A stretch of DNA of 64,000 bases from Psilocybe cubensis (GCA_017499595.2 CM039010.1:1984001-2048000); one strand, 5' to 3'; numbered from the stretch's first letter, positions 12,953 to 23,735 are shown. Numbers and translations are program-made. Notes: generated from the sequence alone by a model not told the origin.

Positions 12953-13932
12953 TAATCCCCGTACTTGGCTTGACGAACTCGACAGGTGTTAACTTTGTGA
13001 TCGGCGCTACCACAATAAAGGCATAGGTTGCCGTCAATACGGCGCTTCCGTTCTTGTGGATTGAGTTTGCCGGTAGTTTTGAGAGTAGAAGTCGAAACCG
13101 CGTCGACGTCCATTGGTACGACGTCTGGATTTAAGGCGACAGTGGAAGGAGTGGGGGGAGTGACACGAGCAGGTTTAGGAGGAGGGGCCTTCTTCTCTTC
13201 ACGACGACGTTCCATGTCGCGTTGATGAAGGTTAGAGTCAATCTGGATGACTATATATTCCCAGTCGGCAAGCGTCGTTGGACGATCTACGATGCCGACG
13301 AGGTGATCCTTGATGGCTGGTTTCAAACCCTTCATGAACCTATTTATTTTAGTCTGCTCTGTCATATCGAGATGAGATGATAACTCAAGGAATCGAGTTA
13401 AGTAATCGTGTGCGGATTTTGTTTGAACAAGGGCATCTAACTTTTGATCGGCGGTAAGCGTGAGTCTAGGATCTGCAAATTTCTCCTTAAACGCGCGAAT
13501 AAAACCGTCCCAATCATGAAGTAAGGGAGAATTGATATTTTCGAGATGTGCAAACCACTCCAGTGGGATCCCGGCCTTGAGGTACATGCCAGCATATAAA
13601 ACCTTTTTGTGATCAGTCGGGAAATCCTGTGAGTTGAACTCCTGGATGCGACGAAGGTCGTTAATAAATGGCGTGACTTCGTCCATCTTGCCACTAAACA
13701 TAATCGGCTCGCGTATTTTAACGTGCCCTCCCGATGGTCTTGGAGTAGACGCGTGAACAGGTGGGGGAGCGGCTAATGCGTGATTTTGCATATTGAGAAA
13801 CCGAGTGAAAGCTCCCTCGAGGTTGACTTGTTGAGTCGTAAGAGCCTCGAGCATGCGAGTGAAGTCGGTAACGTATTGTGGCTGACTAGGAGTTGGGTCC
13901 TCTGGATTGATAGGAGTAGTTTGTTCGGACAT
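12925..13932 (-). CDS. gag: Gag (capsid-like region plus CCHC zinc knuckle)
   Basis: 335-aa ORF with PIMFSG, VVPMDVD and the knuckle CLYCGSADHKVNTC. Confidence 0.93.
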   Translation of the reverse strand: MSEQTTPINPEDPTPSQPQYVTDFTRMLEALTTQQVNLEGAFTRFLNMQNHALAAPPPVHASTPRPSGGHVKIREPIMFSGKMDEVTPFINDLRRIQEFNSQDFPTDHKKVLYAGMYLKAGIPLEWFAHLENINSPLLHDWDGFIRAFKEKFADPRLTLTADQKLDALVQTKSAHDYLTRFLELSSHLDMTEQTKINRFMKGLKPAIKDHLVGIVDRPTTLADWEYIVIQIDSNLHQRDMERRREEKKAPPPKPARVTPPTPSTVALNPDVVPMDVDAVSTSTLKTTGKLNPQERKRRIDGNLCLYCGSADHKVNTCRVRQAKYGDYPKAQPEKK

Positions 13933-13957
13933 GATGAATTCGCACAGAGGATTTGCG

Positions 13958-13967
13958 ACGGAATCAA
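13958..13967 (-). other. Candidate self-priming primer-binding site
   Basis: Minus-strand TTGATTCCGT, 3 nt downstream of the 5' LTR, is complementary to ACGGAATCAA inside the LTR (14052-14043). There is no TGG tRNA-type PBS. Confidence 0.7.
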
Positions 13968-13970
13968 ACT

Positions 13971-14285
13971 TGTCAGAGACTCAAATAAATATATGGAGAA
14001 GGTGCCTGAGATGGAATATGGATTTGGGAATCTGGCACTGAGTTGATTCCGTGAGGAATCAACTCGACGAATCTAAGAACTATATACGACGAGAATTCCG
14101 AAACTAACTAACTACGTAGTTAAACCAGTCATACAAACTTGTCAGCCAAGTAATCAGTCAAATCAGAAATACAAATCATCCAACACCTAACTAGAGTGAC
14201 CGATAGTGTCCGTTATCTAATCTATACATGCAGTCACGAGAGTCTACACTAAACAAGGAAACCAGTAATCGAACGAGTCATCACA
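13971..14285 (-). repeat. 5' LTR (315 bp) with TATATA box at 14081-14086
   Basis: Direct repeat of 8370-8684, followed by the TSD TAATG. Confidence 0.97.
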
Positions 14286-14656
14286 TAATGCTGCCATTCA
14301 TATCATGATTTCACGTTCATGCTGCATGTGAATTCAATGCAGATTCAGATCATCTATACTATTTACTACTGCTATCTTGCTGTCAAGATCATCCAGTTCT
14401 TCCAATTGACTTTTGGCCTCACCCCAAGCTAAGGACACATTTGATTTTAAACTTAAAGTCGTGGGAATACAATCGAGATGTCACGTGTATGTTCAGTTCC
14501 GTGGCACGGTAACCTCAAACGAACTTCACCCAGCTATTTCTGCTCTACATCTACAAAGAAATCCTCTTGCTCGATATATTAACCTGGCAAATTCTCCTAC
14601 TCCGATAGTACTCTATCGACCTATACAAGGCCCTTCCGACCCACTTATTTAAAATC

Positions 14657-16892
14657 ATGATTCGAAGTGACGATCCTTTCACACCTGTTCTCCGACAATT
14701 TTTGGAATCATGTTACGAGCCTTTTCCATCATATAGCTCCTATAATCCTGATCCCGAGAATCCTCTCATATTCCACGACAGACATATCGCTTCTGCTCTG
14801 CTGCTAAAAAACGTCAAGCATGCGCCTTGGATTACGACAGAGCTTTCCCATCTTTGCGAGGGCACCATCAAAAACTTCACTGCGGCAGGGCACAAACTTA
14901 TTGAAAATCGCAATTACTGGGCAAAATTTCGCCAGCCTTTTGAGTATGTCAGCTATTGCTCTGACGTAGCAGAACGCCACTTTGTTAGCACCAGCAACCC
15001 CTGCAATGCTTATGCCTCAAAGTTGCTCTTCAGCCCGAATGATCCACTCTGGTTTAATTTGATTGATGCACGTCTAAGCGGATCCTACATAGCCCGTCGT
15101 TCCTTTTTCTGCTTTGGTGATACTGCCGTACTCGGATCCGGAGAGGAGGATACAGGCGACAGACAATTCAAAATTCCACCCGAAACTCGGTCGACGCTGG
15201 ACAATCGCGCATTATCAAATCTCAACAAGCTCAGGGACATGGAAAATATTTTTAATTACGAATTTTTTGTTGCGACCAAAACTGCGGAGGCTTTACTAGA
15301 CAGGATGAGTTGCTGGGGAGAATTCAAGTGGGAAATGCCTACAGTCACAGGCGCTCCTGTGTTGCCAGCCTCGCTCCCTCCGAAAGACTCGCCTTTTATT
15401 AAGTCTCTTTTTCCACTTCTAGGTGTGGAGCCCCTTCGTCCTTTGCCCAAACACATGGGAACTTCCTCTAGAAAGTCTGCCCACACCCGCAAGGTTGTAG
15501 CTCCACTGACAAATACTCGAAGAGCCGAGGCAAAATATAGGATCAATGTCCACCATTACATCCAAAAGGTAAGTTTACCGCAGCGATCATTACATTATTC
15601 TTATGTTTTGGCCAGGCGTGGATAAATGCAGTGCACACAGATGCAACGTTTATTGTTTTTTCCTGTGGCAGACAGGAGAGAATTGCCATTCGACATCGCC
15701 AAAGCCAGACTCTGTTTGTGTCGGATTTGATTGATCCCACAAAAATACCTGGTTATCGAAAGATACACCTTGGTCTTACAATCGCTGCCATTAAGGATCG
15801 ATTAGAAAGATGGGATCCCACAGAAGTTAAAAACCGGCGTCCTTCAAAACGTAAAGAGCCTCCAGGGTATTCAAATATTTATAACAGTATGAAGGACAAG
15901 GCGACAAGAAGGAAACGAAGGCGATTAAATCCCGACCTGGGACTTACTTCTGTGGAAATGGATAAAAAGGTCTGCTGCGTTTTCTTACGAGTATCACATC
16001 TTGCCAATGGCAAATTTTTAGGCATTCGACGATGAGCTAGCCAAGCGGGACTTGGTGCTTTTCTATCTCAATTACTCCAACATGAGTTCACCAGCACCGT
16101 CTTCATTTCGACGTATGGAACCTTCGTGCGCATCGCGTCCCTTCCAAAACCATTCATACCATTTCAAACGCAAAGCGTCATATTCACCAGCAAAATATAT
16201 CTTGGCGACTACATACCGGGATGGTATTGGGAGTGGAGCAGTAGGATTGGTATACAGAGTCACGGTCGAAATTGAAATAGAGGATGGGTCAAAACATCAG
16301 CGCACACTCATTCTCAAGCTTGCTATTGGCGACAAAAAGGATCAAATCATTCAAGAATACGAGATCTACAAACGGTTGGCCGAAGCTAATGCTACGTATG
16401 GCATTGTTGGCGTCCACGGCCTATTTCACGATATGGAAACTGACGCGTTGATGATGATCATGGACGATGGAGGGATGTCGCTGAGAACTCGCGCCATTGA
16501 AAAAAATTTAAAGATTCATTATGATTGGGATGATTCAGTTGAGACAACGGAGAAAGAACGGTACATACCTCTTCAACCCAGTATGCATTCATTTCTGACT
16601 CTTTTCTAGGGATGCCTTTATCAAGGCTTTAAAAGGCATCCACCATGCGCACGTAATCCATCAAGACATTAGGATTGACAACTTAATGATTAATGATGCT
16701 GGCGATGTTTTCATAATCGATTTCGATAATGGTAGTTATGACCCCCTCCATGAGTCATTCGAGTACGAAAGAGATATGGAAGAACTATTGACTGCAATTG
16801 GGTGGCTAGATAGCGACGACGACACAAGTGAATCGGATGAAGATGAAGATGAAGATGAAGATGGGGGAGAGGATCATGAGGACCGAACATAA
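14657..16892 (+). CDS. Degenerate nuclease-like plus kinase-like protein, copy 2
   Basis: Same 4-exon structure as copy 1; GSGAVGLVY, LILK, HQDIRIDN, IIDFD; acidic tail. Confidence 0.85.
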
Positions 16893-17436
16893 ATATGCAT
16901 AAATGGTTGATTTCTAGCCCTTGCTTGGTAATGGATAAAACACTGGACGTCAACGCTAATGATTATTTTATTACTATATTAGAGCAAAGTTGGAGAAAAG
17001 TTGATATTTATCATGGAATCGAACTTCTCAGCACCTTAAATTCTAACTCGCTATATATAGTTACTATCATTAAATAACTGCTAATGTTTTTGTTACTTCA
17101 GTGCTAATATCGTCGCTAATCACATATAGTTTCTGAACACTCGGTTGCCATTTTAGACTGTCGACCAAAGACTGCGCAACTTTTTTGTGGCTATAAAATT
17201 CGAGCAACCATCGCAGATGCCGAGGCTTGCCACCGCAAACCACGTGTTAGTTCATTTCCGACTCGGTGTGGTGCCATGGGCCGTGAAGCTCTTCTGAACA
17301 AAAACTTCACCGTAAAATGTTGGCTGGTCTCGAGACCTCGATATAGCAATTTCTCTTGGCTTATGAATACCGTGTAACATTCTGTGTTTGTTGCTACAGT
17401 TCAACGTCATTGTTGCACACATTTGCACTGGAAACC

Positions 17437-19706
17437 ATGATTCTAAACGGCGATTCTTTTGCTCCTACTCTCCGACAGTTTCTGGACACGGGTTACAAGT
17501 TTGAAAGAGGCTATCCAGATGATACCAATAATCCTGAACCCCAGAACCCTCTCCTCTTCTACAACAGACATGTTGCTTCTACTCTACTATTAAAAAATGT
17601 CAGGCGTGCCCCATGGATCCCGACGGATCTTTCCAAAATTTGCGAGGACGCAATTAGGGAGTTTACTATGGCGGGCCACACTTTCGTTGACAACCTCCAC
17701 TACCGGGGGATTTTTCGCGAAGACTACATATATAACGGACGTTGCTCAGGCGTAGCGGACTATCACTTCGATCGTGTAAGTAAACCATGCAATGCTTATG
17801 CCTCAAAGTTACTTTTCACTCCGGAAGACCCAGCTTGGTTCTCCTTTATTGTGTCACGTAGAGACCGATCTACTCGAGCCCAGTATTCTTTTCGTTGCGC
17901 CGGTGACACTGCCATTATCAAACCGAAAAAGGAAGATCTGGGAAACAAAGAATATAATATTCCACCGGAAAGAAGGTCAACGCTGGATCATGGGGCCCTA
18001 CAAAAGATCAACAAACTTAGGGACAAGAAAAGTATTTTTAATTACGAATTCTTTATCAAAGCTGAAGCTGGGGAGGCTCTGCTGCGGAAGATGAACTGTT
18101 GGGGGACATTCAAGTGGGACATGCCTACAGCCACAGGCGCTCCTGAGTTGCCTCTCTTGCCTCCGCACAGGGACTCTCCTATCATTCAGACCCTCTTTCC
18201 CTCTTTATACACGACGACCCCCCGCCCCTTGTCCACTCGCAAGGGCAGTCCGTCCACCAAGTCCGGCAGAATAAGACGAAAGCTTGTAGCTCCTCTGAGA
18301 AACGCTCAAAGGGACGAATCAAAATACAGGATTAATGCCCATCATTACATACAAAAGGTATTCTTGCCCCATTGTTATCGATTTGTTTTCTTATTCTCTG
18401 TATAGGGGTGGGCGAATGCAGTGGAGAGCGACGTCACATTCATCTTGTTCACCTGCGGCAAATTGGAGAGAATTGCGATTCGACACCGCCAGAGTCAGAC
18501 TCTGTATCTATCAGATCTTATTGACCCCATGAGAACTCCTGGTTATCGACAGATACATCTTGGTCTCACAATCGCGGCCATAAAAGATCGATTAGCCATG
18601 CTAGACCAGGAAGAATTATCCAACCAACGTCCTTTGAAACGCAAAACACCTCCTCCTCAGAATCCCATTGTTTACAATAGTATGAAGGACAAGGCAACCA
18701 GAAGGAAACGAAGAAAGTTAGACCCAGAGCTAGAACTAACCTCAGAGGGAATGGATAAAAAGGCTGGTTTCTTCACCCACCGCACCTCGCATATTTGGGC
18801 TCATTTAAATATTCTAGACATTCAATGAGGAATTGGCCAAGCGGGACCTAGTGCTTTTTTATCTAAATTTCGGGAACTGGAGATCTCCAGCGCCGTCTAC
18901 ATTTTGGCGTATGGAACCTTCGTGCGCATTGCGACCGTTCCAAAACCATTCATACCGCTTTAAACGCAAAGCATCATACCCTCCAGAAGGCTATATCTCG
19001 GTGATCACACATGAAGACGACATTGGTAGTGGGGCGATGGGTATGGTATATAGAGTCGCCGTCGAAATTGAAATGAATGATGGATCTAAACATCAGCGCA
19101 CACTCATTCTCAAGCTTGCCATTGGTCCCAAAAAGGATCAAATTATCCAGGAATACGAAATGTATAAACGGTTGGCTGAAGCTGATGTCACGTACGGGAT
19201 CGTTGGCGTCCACGGTTTATTTCACGACATGGAAAGCGATGCAATGCTCCTCATCATGGAGGATGCAGGGAAGTCGCTTAGAACGCGCGCTACCGAGCAT
19301 AATCTCAAGATTCATTATAGTTGGGATGACTCACTGGTTGAGGCGACAGAGGAAGAACGGTAGGCATCTTTCATCCAAGTATGCATTTCAGTTATTTACT
19401 CTTCGAACTTCTAGGGATGCCTTTGTCAAGGCTTTAAAAGGCATCCATAGTGCGCACGTACTTCACCAAGACCTTAGGATTGACAACTTGATGATCAACG
19501 ATGCTGGTGATGTTTTCATAATCGATTTTGACAATGCTGAATACTACACCCTCCAACATCCAAGAAATTACAGGGAAGAGATGGGAGAACTATTGTCAGT
19601 AATTGGGTGGCTTGACAGTGACGACGAAGAAAGTGACGACGACAGTGAAGACGAGGATGAAGATGAAAATAAAAATGACGGAGAAGAAGATGGAGACGAA
19701 GGATGA
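17437..19706 (+). CDS. Degenerate nuclease-like plus kinase-like protein, copy 3
   Basis: MILNGDSFAPTLRQFL start matches the paralogues; GSGAMGMVY, HQDLRIDN, IIDFD; acidic tail. Confidence 0.85.
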
Positions 19707-21165
19707 TTAATATTGGTTGGTTTGTAGCGTTGCTGGGTATACTCTACTCCTACTACATAGAATTCACTGGACGCCAATGCTGATGGCTGATTTTTCTAGG
19801 AAGTTTATCATTTATATCAATGGAACGGAAAAGCAGTCGCTTGCGCAGCTACTTAACGTCTAATTTACTGCAACTACTCATCCACTCATCTCATGCATCG
19901 CACTCTCTGAAAATTCTTTATGATGTGTTTAGTAAATTACTGCTTTTTAATAAATAAAAGATTCTCTTCTTTAAGTTACAGTGACAGAGAATACCAAACA
20001 AAAACTGAAAAACCCTATAAGTGTTGACGAGATTCAGTTCATAAAAAGCAGAGTATGTTTTACCAGGTACGATGTACAAGGGCTCGTGGGTTCACCACGC
20101 ATCCAAGGGTATAGAGAAGAAAGTCCTGACTCCTGCAGCAGTAGCCAGTTTTGGTAACCTTCGCCGTGGCGCTGAAACTTCATCGTAATAACGGCAGAAA
20201 GCTGAAGTCCAAAGGCAAAAACAGAGGACATTTTCTGGGTCGCACTCCAACATTGACAACAATTTGGACTGTAGAACGTGGCGTGAAGGAAACTTGAACT
20301 TGGGGGAAACCGTGAAAGTATTGGTATGAATTATTTTTAAAAAATTTATGTGCGGCGAGGAACTCGGAGGCACACTGGCACATACAAAAGCGGTATTCAA
20401 TCCTCCTATACTAGTATCGCTGGTACTCATGCTCATCGGAGGGGTGCAAACGAAGCAGCGATGACTGTATACCTATCCTAGTTATCTGAGTTATCAGTGG
20501 AATAACCATAAACTAAAACCCGACATCAAACTCTGCAACAGTGCACCTGAAGCATAAGCAAAAAAAAGGGAAAAACGTTAAGTGAACCAAAAACGAGAAT
20601 GATGTTATTCCAAAAAATACAAATGTAAAATGTAAATAATTGCAGGTCGTAGTGTACAATGGACGACGAAAAAAGAAAAAAAAAACCTATGTGAAATGAG
20701 ACTGAAATGCGAAATAGTGACCAGATTACTCCACCTGAACCCATTGTCCTGTATTTCACCGAAGCAAACGGGGCGAAGATCGGGGTCGTATGTGATTAAG
20801 CCAGGCTAGCGTAGCGTATGGTACCTTAGCAGGTGCCTCCGGACCCTTCTTACACCAGAAGGAACCCGGAAGGGCTTCCAAGCTCCGTAAAATCCAGAGC
20901 GCAGGATCCTAGATAGAATGGACGAAGGGCCAAGGATGTGTCGAGGCTGCCAAAACAAGGCATATGAGACAAATTCCGACGGAATATTCGTCGAGCGGAC
21001 GATGGACAGGGATGCAAAGAGGCGGACCACTTGCAAGCAATCGTTGAGTGATAACTTTGAGACAGAAATCATCGTCACTTTCCGATCCTATTCATAAAGG
21101 AGGTTAATACACCCAAGGACACACAAACAATAATCCAAAATAACCACTCACAATAAAGACACGCG

Positions 21166-22029
21166 TCAAGTTTTATACGGAAGCTCACCTACATCCGCAC
21201 CAAAAGCGATGGCCGCAAGGGCATCAGCGATCCACTCCTCGCCCGCCCGCCATTCTTCTTCAACGCTCCATTGACGAACAAGCTGCCCAGCTTCTGAAAC
21301 CCGGCGATCAACATCCATCTCCTCCCATGCACCCTCATCATCCGCGTCAACAAAGCCCCCTGATAGGCCGTATAGGTGGTATCCGACGAGCTCAGAGAGC
21401 TCCGATTCGAGTGTGGTGCGGGTGCCCCCGAAGCGGGGGTACATGGTCATCATCCGGACAAAAGACGCAAACAAGGCAGGTGGTCGGGGCACTAGAATCT
21501 TGGAGCACCGTGAAGGTTGTATATGGATCGGTGACTGCTCAATCAAATCGGCGGGAGCAAGGGTGGAAAAGGACATGGGGTAGAGTGTAATATGCTGAAC
21601 AGAGGAAATCCGAGTAGCCTTAGTGATTCTATGGAATCGGCCTTTGGCGTAGAAGTCGCCGTACGTTTTCATGAATAATTTGTTAGGGGGTGATAGAGGC
21701 AAGCCTGTGCGGGTAAGCAGATCCGAAGCTCGGTCTAGGTCGTCATCTGGCACGAGGAAGGAGTAATCCTACACAGACAAGATTCAGCTTGAGGTATCAC
21801 AGAAGCATGGTTGTGTGCTCACAAGTACGAGTACCGGGACCCCCAGTCTCCGATACAAAAGGGACCGCCATTCTACGAGTTGGATCCCGAGGCTCTGTAG
21901 GGTGTCAAGAGCGATATCCACGATTTCAGCTGGGTGCTTGTCGAGGATGTTATCCTGTTTGACATCTTTGATAAGTCTGGTGCACGGCACTATATTTTGT
22001 CTGAGTGGGATGGTGGGAGGGCGCAACAT
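21166..22029 (-). CDS. Hypothetical protein with a probable degenerate nucleotidyltransferase fold (2 exons)
   Basis: Exons 22029-21823 and 21768-21166 join by GT-AG to give ...EWRSLLYRRLGVPVLVL|DYSFLVPDDDLDRASDLL...; ORF is intact. Confidence 0.7.
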
Positions 22030-22171
22030 GTTGCTACAGATATTGTGGTGGTGGTCGGGGTTTATGTTGAATTAGCTCACCGCCGTTAGACAATGACCAG
22101 CGTTATTTGGTTTTATTTGGTCCAAGTGGCCAATATAGCCCGAGATAGTGTGGCACAGCCACCATGGACAT

Positions 22172-23086
22172 ATGGCCATTATCTCAATCACCACCTCGAG
22201 CAGAGATCAGTCCACTGCCGCTGAATCTCTTTCTCAGTATCTCGAACAGCTCAATTGTCGCCATGCTTATATAGGAGGATTTGCATGGGCTCTACTTGGA
22301 AGCCGCAGGCCGACTGAGATCAGTATTTTTGATGACTACTTTACATTAAGCGCTCGGGGTTGAATTCTCTACACGATATAGATGTATTGGTCGAAACTGT
22401 GAATCTTGACATCAAGACCCTTCGTGAGAAACTCACAGAGCTCAATAGACAGTTCGCTTCCGCAGGAATAAAGCTGTTTTATGTCAAAGTGAGATCTGTT
22501 GGTCCGTCGCGTGTGACTCATACGGAGTGAGCTGTACAGGAACCAATTGGGGATTTGCGCGACGACGACCTAGTCAGGGCGAGCAAGGACAATGTATTGA
22601 TCGAGACTTTGAAAGCCGGAACCATGGGATTGCCCATCGTTGCAGAGCCAGTGTACGTTGTCGAACACGAATCGGGTCGACGTACGTTTCCATTATGCTT
22701 GCATCGAATATAACTGCAATTTGAGGCCAGGCATCAATATCCTACATCCAGGCATTCTCATTTTGACGAAGATGAAACGATGGTCTCACTATCACGACTC
22801 GGACCGACCAAAAACTGTAATAAAGAACAAATCAGACCAGGCTGACATCGAATTTATGCTCAACTGGCTTGCCGCAAGTGAGATGTTTATCGACTTTGAG
22901 CAGTATCAAGGCAAATCGAGGAGCGACCTGTTAGGAATTGTGCGTGTATACAGGAACAAATTCATTTCAAACACGGACTTGATGGACACGTTGAAAATGG
23001 TGATGAGGCCAGAAGACTGGGATGAACTATGCGACGAAGAGGTGGCCATAGAAACATCGAACAGCACTGTTCACCTAAACGAATAG
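22172..23086 (+). CDS. AbiEii/DUF1814-like nucleotidyltransferase (4 exons)
   Basis: YIGGFAWALLGSRRPTE|DIDVLV (GG..A....R.T.DID motif); C-terminal LILTKMKRW...RPK...KSDQADI helix motif typical of this NTase group. Confidence 0.8.
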
Positions 23087-23381
23087 CTTACAGGTCACTA
23101 ATCACTCCTCAATGTAAAACATGTCGCACGACAGATTTGTCTCGTAGCAAATTGAATTGATTTGAGAATGTGTGATGAACGACTCGACAACCCCAGCGCG
23201 CTGTACATATGACACTGAGATTGCAATGCACTTTTTGGCTTGATATGCATCATGTAGATGCGCGGTATGACCCATTCCAATCGCTGAGCAACAGAAAGAC
23301 GAGAGCGGATATTTAACTCGTCCAATTGCTTCCGAGTACCAGCGAGTGATGCGAAACGACGCGCACTTCCATTCGAGGCGT

Positions 23382-23514
23382 TTACTCTGAAGAAAAAAAG
23401 ATGAACAGAACGTCCAGCTAGCATGTGAAACAGACACATACTGGAGCGGGCTCTCATCTTTCTGCGTTTACGCCTGAGCCTGCGCGATCTCTTTTTCTTC
23501 CACTTCTCTCTCAT
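23382..23514 (-). CDS. RPL41: 60S ribosomal protein L41 (eL41), 25 aa
   Basis: Exons 23514-23442 and 23386-23382 give MREKWKKKRSRRLRRKRRKMRARSK*; 5'-UTR intron acceptor just upstream of the ATG. Confidence 0.95.
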
Positions 23515-23735
23515 GATCTACACAATAATGCAAGATGAGCAAAGCACAGAAAGAAAATATAAAAACCGAGGGACTGACTGATTATGATATGTGGGAGAGC
23601 TTGGAGTCGTGTGGACCGCATCCTGTCGCAAGAGGGGTCCAAGCTACTATACAGTTCTGACGTAAGCATTTCCACGGTCTCGGCAGTCACCTGCCCAGAC
23701 TCTGCCGCTCCCTCGACTTATTTATCAGTGACACC

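Larger units (their letters stand above)
8370..14285 (-). mobile_element. Full-length Ty3/gypsy LTR retrotransposon (chromovirus)
   Basis: Two 315-bp TG...CA LTRs, 5-bp TSD TAATG (8365-8369 and 14286-14290), gag plus PR-RT-RH-IN-chromodomain pol, polypurine tract. Confidence 0.98.

Noticed and set aside
20034..21078. Short ORFs between kinase copy 3 and the NTase pair
   Set aside because: No recognisable motif or convincing exon chain; a small gene cannot be excluded.
22319..22374. U12-type (minor spliceosome) intron
   Set aside because: Lacks the ATATCCTT donor and TCCTTAAC branch consensus; treated as a U2-type AT-AC candidate instead.
23098..23514. 138-aa ORF starting with the L41 sequence (apparent fusion)
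   Set aside because: Read-through of an unspliced intron; splicing gives the standard 25-aa eL41.
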